Origin: Nitrospirota bacterium | GTDB taxonomy: Bacteria; Nitrospirota; UBA9217 | Direction of reading: 5' to 3' | Length of the DNA: 64,000 nt | Assembly (NCBI GenBank): GCA_963705595.1 | Contig: CAVPKD010000007.1 | Span: 2,640-66,639, forward strand | Translations under genes and position numbers: made by a program | Shown here: positions 53,246-63,618 of the stretch, piece by piece | Layout of the letters: every line of letters starts with the position of its first letter | Numbering within the stretch: the first letter of the stretch is position 1 | The notes under the pieces: generated by a model | What the model saw: the letters and a program-made list of their open reading frames with translations, nothing else | The model's database searches: none | What the model was told of the DNA's origin: nothing

Positions 53246-55093
53246 ATGAAGGGAATTGTGGTCAGTATTATTCTGATATGCGCGGCAATGGCAGCGGCGG
53301 TTCCGGAAGTCAAGGCAGAAGAGGAAAGCGTACAGTTAAAGGAAGTAGTCGTCACCGCAACGAGAACAGAAAAAGAGCCGCAGGACCTCACCCAGACGGT
53401 CACGGTCATCACCGCGAATGATATTCAGAAATCGGGAGCAACGACCGCAGCGGAGGTGATCGAACGAACGGCCGGGGCTGATGTGAAGGACTATGGGTCA
53501 AAGGGTTCTCTCAGCACCATTAATCTGCGGGGAGCCAATGCCGAGCAGGTCCTGGTGCTCCTGGACGGGAGACGACTAAATTCAGCGAGTGCCGGCGGGT
53601 TCGATATGGCAGATCTGGCGGTGCCTCTTGAAGAGATCGACAGGATAGAGATCGTGCGCGGCCCTTCCTCGGCCCTGTACGGTGCGGATGCCGTGGGTGG
53701 CGTCGTTAACATCATTACAAAAAAACCAGGTGGAGCAGCGACAACGGCGATTGGCGAGGGCGGGAGCCACGGATTCGGGTCTTTCACGCTCAGCAATTCG
53801 AACAAGCTCGATAAATTTTATTACACGCTTTCTGCGGCGAAGACAAAGTACGATGGCTTTCGAGAGAACAGCGACCTCGATCAGTGGACCGCGGGGGCAA
53901 AATTGGGCTATGGCTTGAGCCCGGATTCGAACCTGGAATTTACTACGGATTATTTAGCCAAAGAGATCGGGGTGCCCGGTTCGCTCGATTTCCCAAGTCC
54001 TTTGGCCCGTCAGTGGGACCGTAACATCGGCTCATCGCTGACATACAATACAAAATTCTCCAAAGAAATGGACCTGAGACTTAACGCGTACCAGAATCGC
54101 GAGAAGATCACCTACACAGATCCTAATCCGGTGTTTCCTGTAAACAGCAAGCACACCAGCACATCGACCGGCGCAGAGGCCCAGTCAAACTGGCTTGCCA
54201 ATTCATGGAACCAGTTGACCTTCGGCCTTGACGCGAGGCAGGACCATGTCGAGAGCACTGATGCGGGCGAGCATACGGCATCGCTCTGGGCGGCCTATCT
54301 CCAGGATGAGATCTCTCTGGGGGAGTCGCTCATTGTCGTTATCGGCGTCCGGAATGACAACCACTCGGTCTATGGCGACAAAGTCAGTCCCAAGATAAGC
54401 GCGCGGTACCTCTTTTCCGGTACCGGAACGATCATCAGGGCCTCTGCAGGTCAAGCATTCAGGGCGCCCACCCTTAACGAACTCTTTTGGACGTTCGACG
54501 GCTTTGAGCAGGGGAACCCGAATCTCAAACCCGAAACCGCAACAGAATACGAGGCCGGGATCGAACAGCCTTTCGGGAAGGGAAACTCGATCAAGTTCAC
54601 GTATTTCGAACGTAAGATCGATAATCTCATTCAATGGCTGCCTGACTCGAACTTCATATACAGCCCTATTAATATCGGAAAGGCCAAGATCACCGGATCG
54701 GAAACCGAGCTCAAATTGGTTCCTTTCGAGCATCTCACCTGGGCGATAAACTACACGTATACGAAAGCCGTGGATGAAAACACAGGCTTGTATGTTTATA
54801 ACGTCCCTGCGGAGCAGCTTAAAAGCTACTTGAATCTGACGCTCCCGACAAGAACAAACGTCTATCTGGAAGGCCGATATGTGAGAAATTACAGTCAGCC
54901 CGTGCTTCCGAATCCGACACAGCACTACACCGTGGTAGATGCAAAGATTTTGCAGCCGGTCAAATTAGGTGAGAAGATGAAGTGCGACGTATTCTTCGGC
55001 GTCAAGAACATGTTCAACCGTCAATATCAGGTTCTCGCAGGATATCCTGCGGCTCCGGAAGAACTGTACGGAGGAGTTTCGGTCCAGTTCTAA
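53246..55093 (+). CDS. btuB: TonB-dependent vitamin B12 receptor
   Basis: Signal peptide, EVVVTATRTE, LVLLDG, RIEIVRGPSSALYGADAVGGVVNIITK, C-terminal Phe; riboswitch upstream. Confidence 0.9.
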   Translation: MKGIVVSIILICAAMAAAVPEVKAEEESVQLKEVVVTATRTEKEPQDLTQTVTVITANDIQKSGATTAAEVIERTAGADVKDYGSKGSLSTINLRGANAEQVLVLLDGRRLNSASAGGFDMADLAVPLEEIDRIEIVRGPSSALYGADAVGGVVNIITKKPGGAATTAIGEGGSHGFGSFTLSNSNKLDKFYYTLSAAKTKYDGFRENSDLDQWTAGAKLGYGLSPDSNLEFTTDYLAKEIGVPGSLDFPSPLARQWDRNIGSSLTYNTKFSKEMDLRLNAYQNREKITYTDPNPVFPVNSKHTSTSTGAEAQSNWLANSWNQLTFGLDARQDHVESTDAGEHTASLWAAYLQDEISLGESLIVVIGVRNDNHSVYGDKVSPKISARYLFSGTGTIIRASAGQAFRAPTLNELFWTFDGFEQGNPNLKPETATEYEAGIEQPFGKGNSIKFTYFERKIDNLIQWLPDSNFIYSPINIGKAKITGSETELKLVPFEHLTWAINYTYTKAVDENTGLYVYNVPAEQLKSYLNLTLPTRTNVYLEGRYVRNYSQPVLPNPTQHYTVVDAKILQPVKLGEKMKCDVFFGVKNMFNRQYQVLAGYPAAPEELYGGVSVQF

Positions 55094-55109
55094 ACAGCAG
55101 AGGATCAAT

Positions 55110-55183
55110 TTACTGCAGAGCCGCAGATGGCGCGGGGGATACGATCATGAAACTCCTTATGACCTTTGCGTCCTCTGTGGTAA
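55110..55183. repeat. Intercistronic inverted element between btuB and tonB
   Basis: TTACTGCAGAGCCGCAGA ... CTTTGCGTCCTCTGTGGTAA. Confidence 0.65.
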
Positions 55184-55193
55184 GATATTCACT

Positions 55194-55870
55194 ATGACGT
55201 TTCAGCGTTCATTATATATCTCCCTCTTTATCCATGTCCTGGTCTTCGGCAGCGCCATTGCTTTTGCCCAGTTCGCCAGGGGTACGCTTTCGGGCCATCG
55301 GGATGTGACTGTCGTGTCTCTCGTCGATCCAGGATCGGGAACTCAGGGCAGGGCCTCGCAAAGCAGGGAGCGTCGCAGAGGTATTGTCTGACCGACGGTC
55401 GGAAGCGATTCACGAAACAGCCTCATCTGCGGCGCAACCGGAAGTCCCTGCGGAGAGGCAAGCTGCACGAGAGGAGGCTTCGCTTCCAGGGGTCCAGGAA
55501 AACAATAAAGTCGGCACCGGTGACGCCGGCGATGCGGGTGCGCTTGCATGGGCAGGCCGGGGAAGGTTCAGCGGGGTCAGGTCCTGATACGCAGTTCGGA
55601 CTGGTCCCTGCGGAGCAATGGGCAGTGATCGTTTCCTCCATCGAGCGGGTGAAAAGCTATCCGCGTTTTGCCCGGGAGCGCGGTATCCAGGGAGTGGTGC
55701 ATCTCCGGTTCCGGGTGAGGCCCCAAGGCGAGGTGGACCGCGTTGAGATCGTCAGGAGCTCAGGATATGAAATACTGGACACTGCTTCGGTCCGCACAGT
55801 GTACCGCGCTGCCCCGATGCCGTATGTGAGCGGGTGGATCGAAGTGCCGATATCATATGTGCTTAAATAA
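55194..55870 (+). CDS. tonB: TonB energy transducer (frameshifted in the linker)
   Basis: N-terminal [10 protein letters not shown]; C-terminal [14 protein letters not shown]...SSGYEILD. Confidence 0.8.
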
Positions 55871-55887
55871 AGGTGTGGAGTTTAGGA

Positions 55888-56091
55888 ATGGAAGGCAAGA
55901 AGACAAGATGTCCGATCTGTAAAAAAGAGGCCGCGTGGGACAATAATCCTTTCAGGCCTTTCTGCTCCGAGCGGTGCAGGATCATGGATCTCGGCAAGTG
56001 GGCTTCCGAAGGATACCGGATCGCCGGAGAAAAGAAAGAGACACCGGGAGAGGGTAGCGAAGAAAAAAATAATAAAGAGAAGGCTGGATAA
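55888..56091 (+). CDS. yacG: DNA gyrase inhibitor YacG
   Basis: CPICKK...[22 protein letters not shown]. Confidence 0.95.
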   Translation: MEGKKTRCPICKKEAAWDNNPFRPFCSERCRIMDLGKWASEGYRIAGEKKETPGEGSEEKNNKEKAG

Positions 56092-56277
56092 TTTTTTAAA
56101 AATATACTACAATAAGTTATCAAATTTAAAAACTAAAGAGAAAAATCCTGAACAACCAGAATCTCGGGTCACGCTGTTTTAGGTTTCGGTTATTCTAAGC
56201 GTTGCAGATCCGGGCCGTATTGAGAATGTGAACATGAACCGGCGGTTGTGATTCCTTAAATCAGGAGGCCATGCAGC

Positions 56278-57375
56278 ATGGAGATCCGGTGTGGAAGCTG
56301 CAATAAGCTTTTCCGTGTCGCCGATGAAAAAATTACCGGGACGGGTATCAAGTTCGCCTGTACGCGCTGCGGCAACTATGTAAAGATCACCAGGCAGGAC
56401 TTCGAGCAATATGATCTGTCCAAGGCCGCCGCTGACGTTCCCCCCGCGTTTGTACCGCCTGCTCCCACGGCAACTTTCGAGACCGCAAAAACCGAGGCGA
56501 CAGCAGGCTATGAGCCTGCGGCTGCAGTGCCCGAAAGAGGCCCTGAGCACCCTCTGCCGCCTGCCGCAGAGACCCCGCACTTTGAACCGGTTTCGCTGGC
56601 AACAAAACCAACACCTGCACCGGAACCGGAGCATATACTGCACCCGGAGCCCGTGGTGAAACCGGGACAAGAAGCGAAGCCGGCCACCGCGTCCAGACCC
56701 GAACCTCTCCGTCCATCAACACCAGCTGCGTCACGACCCGAGCCGATACCTTCTGCGGCGCGGCCCGCGACCACCGGAGCGGATATCATTTCAGCCGGGT
56801 CTCTTGCCCCTGCTTCCTCGGGGAAGAAATATCTTATCCTGGCCCTTTTGCTCGTCGTCCTCTGCGCAGGAGCGTTCTTCATCCTCCGTTCGGCAGGTTA
56901 TAACGTTTTCAGGTTCACGCGGCCGGCCTCGAAAGGAACTGAGGTGGCTCCAAAGGGGATGACCTCACCCGAGGGGCTGCAGATCACCTCTGCCTCGGGA
57001 TCTCTTGACCAGAACCAGGACCTTATCATCAGCGGCGCGATTGAAAATACCACGGACAAGGAACGGACGGCCTGGTACGTAGTGGTTCATGTGTACGACG
57101 CTCAGGGTGCGGTCCTTATGAATTCGAGGATGTTGAACGGCAAACAGCTCTATACGAAGAGAGACTATGAGGTCCTGGAAAAACGCGGAGTGAACGTCCA
57201 GGAACTCAAGGCAAAGGACCTCCAGGAACCGGGGGTCGTCATACCGCCAAAAGGCTCGGTGCAGTTCGAGATCCGCTTCATGGAACCGCCAGTCGGCATT
57301 TCCAGCTTCAATGCCTCGCTCCAGCCCTTTGATCCGGAACAGTTGTTCAAAGAAATGGCTGAGGAACAGAAATAG
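56278..57375 (+). CDS. MJ0042-type zinc-ribbon protein with Pro-rich linker, TM and DUF3426-like domain
   Basis: CGSCNKLFRV...CTRCG; PEP-rich linker; single TM; IISGAIEN. Confidence 0.8.
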   Translation: MEIRCGSCNKLFRVADEKITGTGIKFACTRCGNYVKITRQDFEQYDLSKAAADVPPAFVPPAPTATFETAKTEATAGYEPAAAVPERGPEHPLPPAAETPHFEPVSLATKPTPAPEPEHILHPEPVVKPGQEAKPATASRPEPLRPSTPAASRPEPIPSAARPATTGADIISAGSLAPASSGKKYLILALLLVVLCAGAFFILRSAGYNVFRFTRPASKGTEVAPKGMTSPEGLQITSASGSLDQNQDLIISGAIENTTDKERTAWYVVVHVYDAQGAVLMNSRMLNGKQLYTKRDYEVLEKRGVNVQELKAKDLQEPGVVIPPKGSVQFEIRFMEPPVGISSFNASLQPFDPEQLFKEMAEEQK

Positions 57376-57673
57376 CAGAAACCTCCAACTTTTTGACAAA
57401 CCGTTCTCTATGAACCAGAACAAAGCGAATGGCCTCGCAATATAATGAAAAAACTGGATTTTTCATTATGTTCAGATCTTATCCAATATTGTGCTTTAAT
57501 TTAATTTGTACAGGATGCCCAGATACCCCAAAAATACCCCGATACCATCAAAAATTACAAATTATTGAATTATAAAGATAATATTTGTTTGTTTTTGGAA
57601 AAACAAATTAAATTTGCTAATAATTAAAAATATCCCCTTGACAATAAAATTCTTGTACCTTTATTTTAATATT

Positions 57674-57731
57674 TGTAGTATAATTTTACATATAATGGAT
57701 GTTCCCTGTAATGTTGTAACATAGTTTTACA
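57674..57731. promoter_or_regulatory. Pair of TGTA-N6-TTTTACA (TGT-N11-ACA) sites upstream of the EPS operon
   Basis: TGTAGTATAATTTTACA (57674-57690) and TGTAACATAGTTTTACA (57715-57731). Confidence 0.6.
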
Positions 57732-57991
57732 GTCTCTAAGTATTACCCGTGCTTTTAACATTGCTGTTATTTTAAAAATTCGTTGTCGTTACCTTCCTAC
57801 CTTAATGATGTGATCATGTAAGTGAGAGGGCGGAGCCGTGCCAGAGCCTTTCACTTGTCGTAACATGAGTTCAATCAAAAGAAAACCTTTGGCTTATAAC
57901 TCCAAAAAGCATCGTAAAATGACAGGATTCACCCGTTCTTACCACCATTTCATGAGAAAATGATCGAGGGCCGGTCAAGAGACAGACCATC

Positions 57992-59062
57992 ATGTACCTT
58001 AATTTTTATAATCTGAAAAAGGAACCATTCAAGATAGCGCCTGACCCCGAGTTCCTCTTCTTAAGCCCCAGCCATAGAGAGGCATTGGCATCGATCATGT
58101 ATGGCGTGGAACAGCGGAAGGGTTTCATAACGATAACCGGCGAGGTCGGGGTAGGGAAGACATCGGTCCTGCGCTACTATCTCGAACAGGTTGATAAAGC
58201 AAATCTTAAAGCGGTCTATATATTCAATCCCAACCTCTCATTCACAGGTCTTCTGAAGACCATTTTTCAGAAGATGGGTTTCGATACCAAAACAGAAGAT
58301 CTCGCTGAGATGGTGAATAATTTTCACCTGATATTGATCGATAGATACAAACAGGGGCGCAATATGGCGCTGATCATCGACGAGGCCCAGAACATGCCGG
58401 TGGAGACCCTGGAAAATCTTCGCATGCTGTCGAACCTCGAGACCTCGAAGGAAAAACTTCTCCAGATCGTGCTCGTCGGCCAGCCGGAATTCGCAGAAAC
58501 GCTCAAGAGAAAGGAATTACGGCAGCTCCAGCAACGCATTTCCATAAAGGCGACAATCTCGCCTCTTACGAATAAGGAGTGCACGGAATACATTCAGCAC
58601 CGCATGACAAAGGCCTCTCTCAACGGTACTAAGGTGTTCGCGCAAAGCGCAATAAAAAAGATCATCGCTGAATCTCAGGGGATCCCGCGTCTCATCAATG
58701 TCCTCTGTGACAATGCCCTCATCACCGGCTTCGGCTATCAGAAAAAACGCATTACCGCCCGCGTGGCGGAAGAGGTCATTGCTGACTTTAAGGGAGAGAG
58801 GAAGCCTGTTTCTTCTCTTTCTTCATTTGAAGTCGGTTTTTTTGGCGCCGTAGTTCTATTGTTCTTAGTGGGCGCCTTTTCACTTTATCTGCATGGACGC
58901 AATTTCATGTCAACATTGGAGGGTATGCCGAAATACGCCACGCAGGAAAACCAGGTTCCTCAAGGGGCCGACAATGCCGGCCGCTCCAGAACGGGTAAAA
59001 TTTCCACGACCAGGGTGGAAAGCGAACCACTGGTCAAAAAAGAAATATCAGGGGACAGATGA
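57992..59062 (+). CDS. ExeA/GspA-like AAA ATPase (PEP-CTERM/XrtA system-associated type)
   Basis: MYLNFYNLKKEPF, ITGEVGVGKT, LIIDEAQ, LVGQPE, SQGIPRLINVLCDNAL. Confidence 0.9.
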   Translation: MYLNFYNLKKEPFKIAPDPEFLFLSPSHREALASIMYGVEQRKGFITITGEVGVGKTSVLRYYLEQVDKANLKAVYIFNPNLSFTGLLKTIFQKMGFDTKTEDLAEMVNNFHLILIDRYKQGRNMALIIDEAQNMPVETLENLRMLSNLETSKEKLLQIVLVGQPEFAETLKRKELRQLQQRISIKATISPLTNKECTEYIQHRMTKASLNGTKVFAQSAIKKIIAESQGIPRLINVLCDNALITGFGYQKKRITARVAEEVIADFKGERKPVSSLSSFEVGFFGAVVLLFLVGAFSLYLHGRNFMSTLEGMPKYATQENQVPQGADNAGRSRTGKISTTRVESEPLVKKEISGDR

Positions 59063-60873
59063 GCAAGTTTTACGAAGCACTGAAACGGGCAAAAAAAGAA
59101 CCGAGAGGGAACGGGACGGGTGCTGTCAGAGACGCTCATCAGAGCGACGAGACAGTAAATGATAATGCCGTCCAGAGTCTCCCTCAGCAACCGGGTGTTC
59201 CGGCCGTGGTCAAGCAGGGCGGTCCCAGGAGAACGGACTCGGAACAAATGTCGAATCCCGGCAGGGATGGTCACAGGACGAATGCTGTCAGAGACGCTCA
59301 TCAGAGCGACGTGACAGTAAATTATGATGCCGTCCAGAGCCCCCCTCGGCAACCGGGCGTTCCTGTCGTGATCAAGCAGGGCAGTCTCAGCGGCAGGGAT
59401 GCAGACCAAACGCAGGCTCTGGACATAAAACAGGTCGATGCGACAGTAATTAATAATGGCCACCAAAACGCCCCTCAGCAGCAGGGCATCTCCATCGTCG
59501 TCAAGGAAGGCGGTCCCCGGAGAGCAGGCGCCGAACAAACGCAGGAACTGGACATAAAGCGATATCTTCTTCTCGTACGGAAACGGCGCTCACTTTTTGC
59601 GGTTGTTGCCGCTTTCATCATGAGCGCTGCGGTCGTGACCAGCTATGTCATACCTCCGGTCTATGAGGCCCAGACCATTGTTTCCATCGAGAAAAACCTT
59701 CTGAATGACATCAGCAAAGGCCTCGCCATGTCGCCGTCCATGGATACCAAGGTCAGCCCTCTTGCCACGATCATGAAAAGCAGGACAGTTATTTACAAAG
59801 TGATCAGTGATCTCGACCTTGATCTGGGTAGGAAGAATGAAGCCGATATCGAGAGCCTCATCAAAAGTATCCAGGAGAGGACCGAAGTCAAGCTCGAGTT
59901 CAACAAAGTGAGCAGAGGCAATATTGATTTTTTCACCGTGTCCTTTCAGGACCGGGATCCGAAGGTGGCGAGGGATTATGTGAATACGCTGGTCGGGAAG
60001 TACATTGAAGAGAACCTCAGGTTCAACAGAGAGGCCTCGACTGGCACAAACAGTTTTCTTCTCGACCAGATCAATCTTGTCAAGGCGAAAGTAAACAAGC
60101 TCGATGGGGAGATTGTGCTGCTCATGGAAAAGGAAGCAGAGATCGAGCAGTTGAAGAAAAAAGAAGAAGAGATCGCGTTACAGAACGAGAACAGGCCTAG
60201 TGTTGCCGATTCCCGAGCGCTTGAACTGAAAAAACTGAAAAAAAGGCTCGATTATCTTCTTGTCCATTATACGCCGGATTATCCCGAGGTGACCAAGGTG
60301 AAAGCAGATATCGAGTCGCTCAAAGCGGAGATAAAGGCTTCGCCGCGAGATCCTGCCAGTGTTAATGGTCCCGTGAGACGATCCGCCGAAAAAAGCAATG
60401 TCAATCCGACAGCCTCTTCGGATGTGAAGACCCGGCTGGTCGAACTCGAGCGTGAACGCGACACGAACAAAAGGATCTACGACGAACTGTCTGCGGCCTA
60501 TGGCATATCGCAGGTGTCTGCGCAGGCGGAAATACAGGACAAGGTAGGCAAATTCAGGATCGTGGACCCCGCCATCCTGCCTATCAAACCCGTCAAACCG
60601 AACCGCATCATGATCATGCTGCTGGGAATTCTCGCCGGGATCGCGGGTGCCTTCAGTCTTATCGTGCTCCTTGATGTCTCGGACAAGTCCGTCAAGAGCG
60701 TTGGGATGCTCAAGAACTTCGGCTTGCCTGTGCTTGTAGTCCCGCATATTCTGACCCCAGGTGAATTGAAAAAGGTCCGAATAAACAATGTCTTCTTCTA
60801 CGGTCTTTCAGGACTGTACGTATTGCTGCTTGCAGCCGTCATTGTGCGGGAAGTGATCAAAACGCTCGCGTAG
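59059..60873 (+). CDS. Polysaccharide chain-length determinant (Wzz/GumC-like) with repetitive N-terminal extension
   Basis: TM, PPVYEA, DRDPKVARDYVNTL, YTPDYPEV, FRIVDPAILP, TM. Confidence 0.88.
   Translation: MSKFYEALKRAKKEPRGNGTGAVRDAHQSDETVNDNAVQSLPQQPGVPAVVKQGGPRRTDSEQMSNPGRDGHRTNAVRDAHQSDVTVNYDAVQSPPRQPGVPVVIKQGSLSGRDADQTQALDIKQVDATVINNGHQNAPQQQGISIVVKEGGPRRAGAEQTQELDIKRYLLLVRKRRSLFAVVAAFIMSAAVVTSYVIPPVYEAQTIVSIEKNLLNDISKGLAMSPSMDTKVSPLATIMKSRTVIYKVISDLDLDLGRKNEADIESLIKSIQERTEVKLEFNKVSRGNIDFFTVSFQDRDPKVARDYVNTLVGKYIEENLRFNREASTGTNSFLLDQINLVKAKVNKLDGEIVLLMEKEAEIEQLKKKEEEIALQNENRPSVADSRALELKKLKKRLDYLLVHYTPDYPEVTKVKADIESLKAEIKASPRDPASVNGPVRRSAEKSNVNPTASSDVKTRLVELERERDTNKRIYDELSAAYGISQVSAQAEIQDKVGKFRIVDPAILPIKPVKPNRIMIMLLGILAGIAGAFSLIVLLDVSDKSVKSVGMLKNFGLPVLVVPHILTPGELKKVRINNVFFYGLSGLYVLLLAAVIVREVIKTLA
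59121..59560 (+). repeat. Degenerate in-frame coding repeats (162-nt and ~129-nt periods)
   Basis: TGCTGTCAGAGACGCTCATCAGAGCGACG at 59121 and 59283; CAAACGCAGG..CTGGACATAAA twice. Confidence 0.85.
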
Positions 60874-60883
60874 GAGAGAACGA

Positions 60884-61707
60884 ATGGGTAGAGTAGAAAA
60901 AGCTCAGGAAAAGACGATCCGGCGAACAAGATCGAATAATACGGATGGCACGGATCGTGAGGCGATGTCCCTCCTTAAGGACCCGCGGAGTCGGAGAGAA
61001 TGATGTTCAAGCCTACCAATCCCTGCGTGGTGACCTTCAACAATCAAGATTCGCCCGTTACTGAGCAGTATCGGAAATTGAAGACTCTGATCCTGAAGAT
61101 GACTAGGAAGGAGTTCCGGAACACGCTCCTCGTCACCAGCTCCGTCGGCGGAGAAGGTAAGAGCATCACATGCGCGAATCTGGCGATCATGCTCGCCCGG
61201 GAATACGGGCATACGGTTATGCTGGTCGATGCTGACCTGAGGAAGCCGGCACTCCACGAATATCTCGGGCTCAAGTCCGTCTTTGGCCTTGCTGACTGTC
61301 TTAATGACAGGATAGATCTTGGCAAGGCTATCGTGAAAACCGGGTTGCCGAAGCTCTCGTTCCTGTCAGCGGGGAAACAGGTGGCGGATCCCGCGGAGCT
61401 CCTTTCGTCGTACCGGATGAAGGAGCTCCTGATGGAGCTGAAGAACCGATACCAGGATCGGTACATCATCATCGACACTCCGCCCACTCTCCTGTACGCT
61501 GAAACGCTGGCATTGAGCGCCCTTGTCGATGGGGTTGTCGTTGTGGTCAAGGAAGGGGTTGCTTCTCTGCAAGGTGTCCGCGATACGCTGGACGTCCTGA
61601 AGGGTGCAACGCTGCTGGGTATCGTCTATAACGATGTGAGTAATGCGAGCCTGGATGGAAGTTACCGCAACTACAAGGATCATTACAAAAAATATCAGAA
61701 GCAGTGA
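60884..61707 (+). CDS. BY-kinase (CpsD/CapB/Wzc cytoplasmic domain; frameshift near 60990)
   Basis: GGEGKS, LVDADLRKP, IIDTPP, C-terminal Tyr cluster SYRNYKDHYKKY; upstream start MGRVEKAQEK. Confidence 0.88.
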
Positions 61708-62033
61708 TCCGGTCCCCAATGATCAGCTAAGCCGTGCCCCTCCCTCCGGGACTAAGACGTGAACGACCTCGCTTTAAACCATCTTTAAAATCTCAGCCCG
61801 GCGATTATTTACACCACCCCCGCCGATGGCAGCGTCCAGAATGAACGAGGAAATGCGAATGCCATTTTTCTCGTCCACATCCTCATCACGGGAACAGTGC
61901 AGGACATGACGCGCCCGCAGCATGGCTGCCACTCCGTGCAGAGAGCCTTAGACAGTTCCATGGTCTCAGGCATTCCGAAGAATAGCCAGGCAACGTGTGA
62001 AACCATAGAAAACCGGCGATCATCTCAAACTCC

Positions 62034-63215
62034 ATGACACTACCAGAAGTAAACCAAATAAAGAAAACGGAAGACAAACCTGCTGTACCGCAGCAGCGCT
62101 CCTCTGTGTTATATGATGAAGAATTCGACTGTTACGGGGAAGAATACTTCAATGAATTTCTCGCGTTCGAGCGAAAACGGAGCGAACGTACAAAAAGACC
62201 ATTTGTGGTGCTGACGCTGGATTTTACCGGCATCACTGATTTGACGAACAGGCGTGAATCCATTAAGTGGGCCGTGAAGACGCTGTCCACGATCACCCGG
62301 GAGACCGATATCAAGGGATGGTACCGACGCCAGGACGTGCTTGGCGTTATCTTTACGGAAATAAACGGTCTCGAAACGGAGACCATGCAGAAATATATTT
62401 TAAAGGACCTGCAGGCCAGTCTGGCGAAAGAACCACTTGATTTTATACGCATGTCCCTTCTCATCCGGATATCCGTTCACCGGTTTCCCGATGATGGGAG
62501 TCCGAACATCCCGCGTGGCCTCGCAGATAAAATGTTCTATCCCGATCTCCCCAAAAGAGATCGAAGCCAAACAAACGCCCTCAAGGTGAAACGGTTCATG
62601 GACGTTGTCGGCGGTATCGCGGGCATCCTGCTCTTCTCTCCCTTCTTCATCCTGATCCCGATAGGCATCAAGCTCACTTCACGAGGGCCAGTGCTGTTCC
62701 GGCAGGAGAGGATCGGACGATATAGAGAAAAATTCACCTTTCTGAAATTCAGGAGCATGTACGTCAACAGCGATGAGGACGTGCACCGAACGTATGTTCA
62801 CGACCTTATTGCCGGAAAGGCATCCGGCGAAGCCGGCGACAACGGCGCCGGGCAGAAGGTATACAAGATCACGAAGGACAAGAGGGTGACCCCCTTCGGG
62901 TACATCCTCCGGAAGACGAGCCTCGATGAACTGCCTCAGTTCTTCAACGTGCTGAGCGGAGAGATGTCATTGGTAGGGCCGAGGCCTCCTCTTCAGTACG
63001 AAGTCGAGAAGTATGATATATGGCACTGGTGCCGTGTTCTGGAGGTAAAACCAGGGATCACCGGGCTGTGGCAGGTCTCGGGGCGGAGTTCAACCACTTT
63101 TGCTGAGATGGTGCGCCTTGACCTCGAGTACGCGAGAAATTGGTCGCTGCGGATGGACATTGATATTCTGTTGAAGACGCTAAGGGCTGTTCTGAATAGA
63201 AAAGGCGCGTATTGA
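62034..63215 (+). CDS. Priming phosphoglycosyltransferase (Bac_transf family) with N-terminal degenerate GGDEF-like domain
   Basis: KRFMDV, GPVLFRQERIG, FLKFRSM, LRKTSLDELPQFFNVLSGEMSLVGPRP, KPGITGLWQVSGR. Confidence 0.92.
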   Translation: MTLPEVNQIKKTEDKPAVPQQRSSVLYDEEFDCYGEEYFNEFLAFERKRSERTKRPFVVLTLDFTGITDLTNRRESIKWAVKTLSTITRETDIKGWYRRQDVLGVIFTEINGLETETMQKYILKDLQASLAKEPLDFIRMSLLIRISVHRFPDDGSPNIPRGLADKMFYPDLPKRDRSQTNALKVKRFMDVVGGIAGILLFSPFFILIPIGIKLTSRGPVLFRQERIGRYREKFTFLKFRSMYVNSDEDVHRTYVHDLIAGKASGEAGDNGAGQKVYKITKDKRVTPFGYILRKTSLDELPQFFNVLSGEMSLVGPRPPLQYEVEKYDIWHWCRVLEVKPGITGLWQVSGRSSTTFAEMVRLDLEYARNWSLRMDIDILLKTLRAVLNRKGAY

Positions 63216-63618
63216 GAACTCATGCTATTCCGACTTCGGTATGCGTAGAACTAAGTAACCGGGCGGAAAGCGGACCTAGGTCGCCAACAGTAGGCACCTC
63301 TAGGCGATGCGGAAAGAAGCGGATAATAAATTTACCGCGAGGACGCGATGAGCGCGAAGAAAAACAAGCATTCATGTTTTAATTAAGTCAAGCAACCTTT
63401 GCATCCCTTGCGCCACGTGTGGTCGCTTCTGATTTTAGGCTATGGCGGTTCCAGATTATGGTTCGATCTTATCTGACTGCATAACTTAATCTGCGTGTAT
63501 CTGCGAAAATCTGAGTTCTGGAACACAATGAAGAAGATATAGATTTTTTATCAAGAATTTCTCCGCGTCCTCCGCGGTGAAGGATTTCGATAATGCGGGT
63601 GAATGAGTTGGAGGACAT

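Noticed and set aside
57828-57840. ops/JUMPstart element GGGCGGAGCCGTG
   Set aside because: Only a loose match to GGCGGTAGnnTG, and no rfaH/loaP-like gene in the window
59121-59560. CRISPR array
   Set aside because: Repeats are long, degenerate, in-frame coding units without unique spacers
61708-62033. Extra ORF or N-terminal extension of the sugar transferase
   Set aside because: No credible open frame with an RBS; cannot be distinguished from a frameshifted leader
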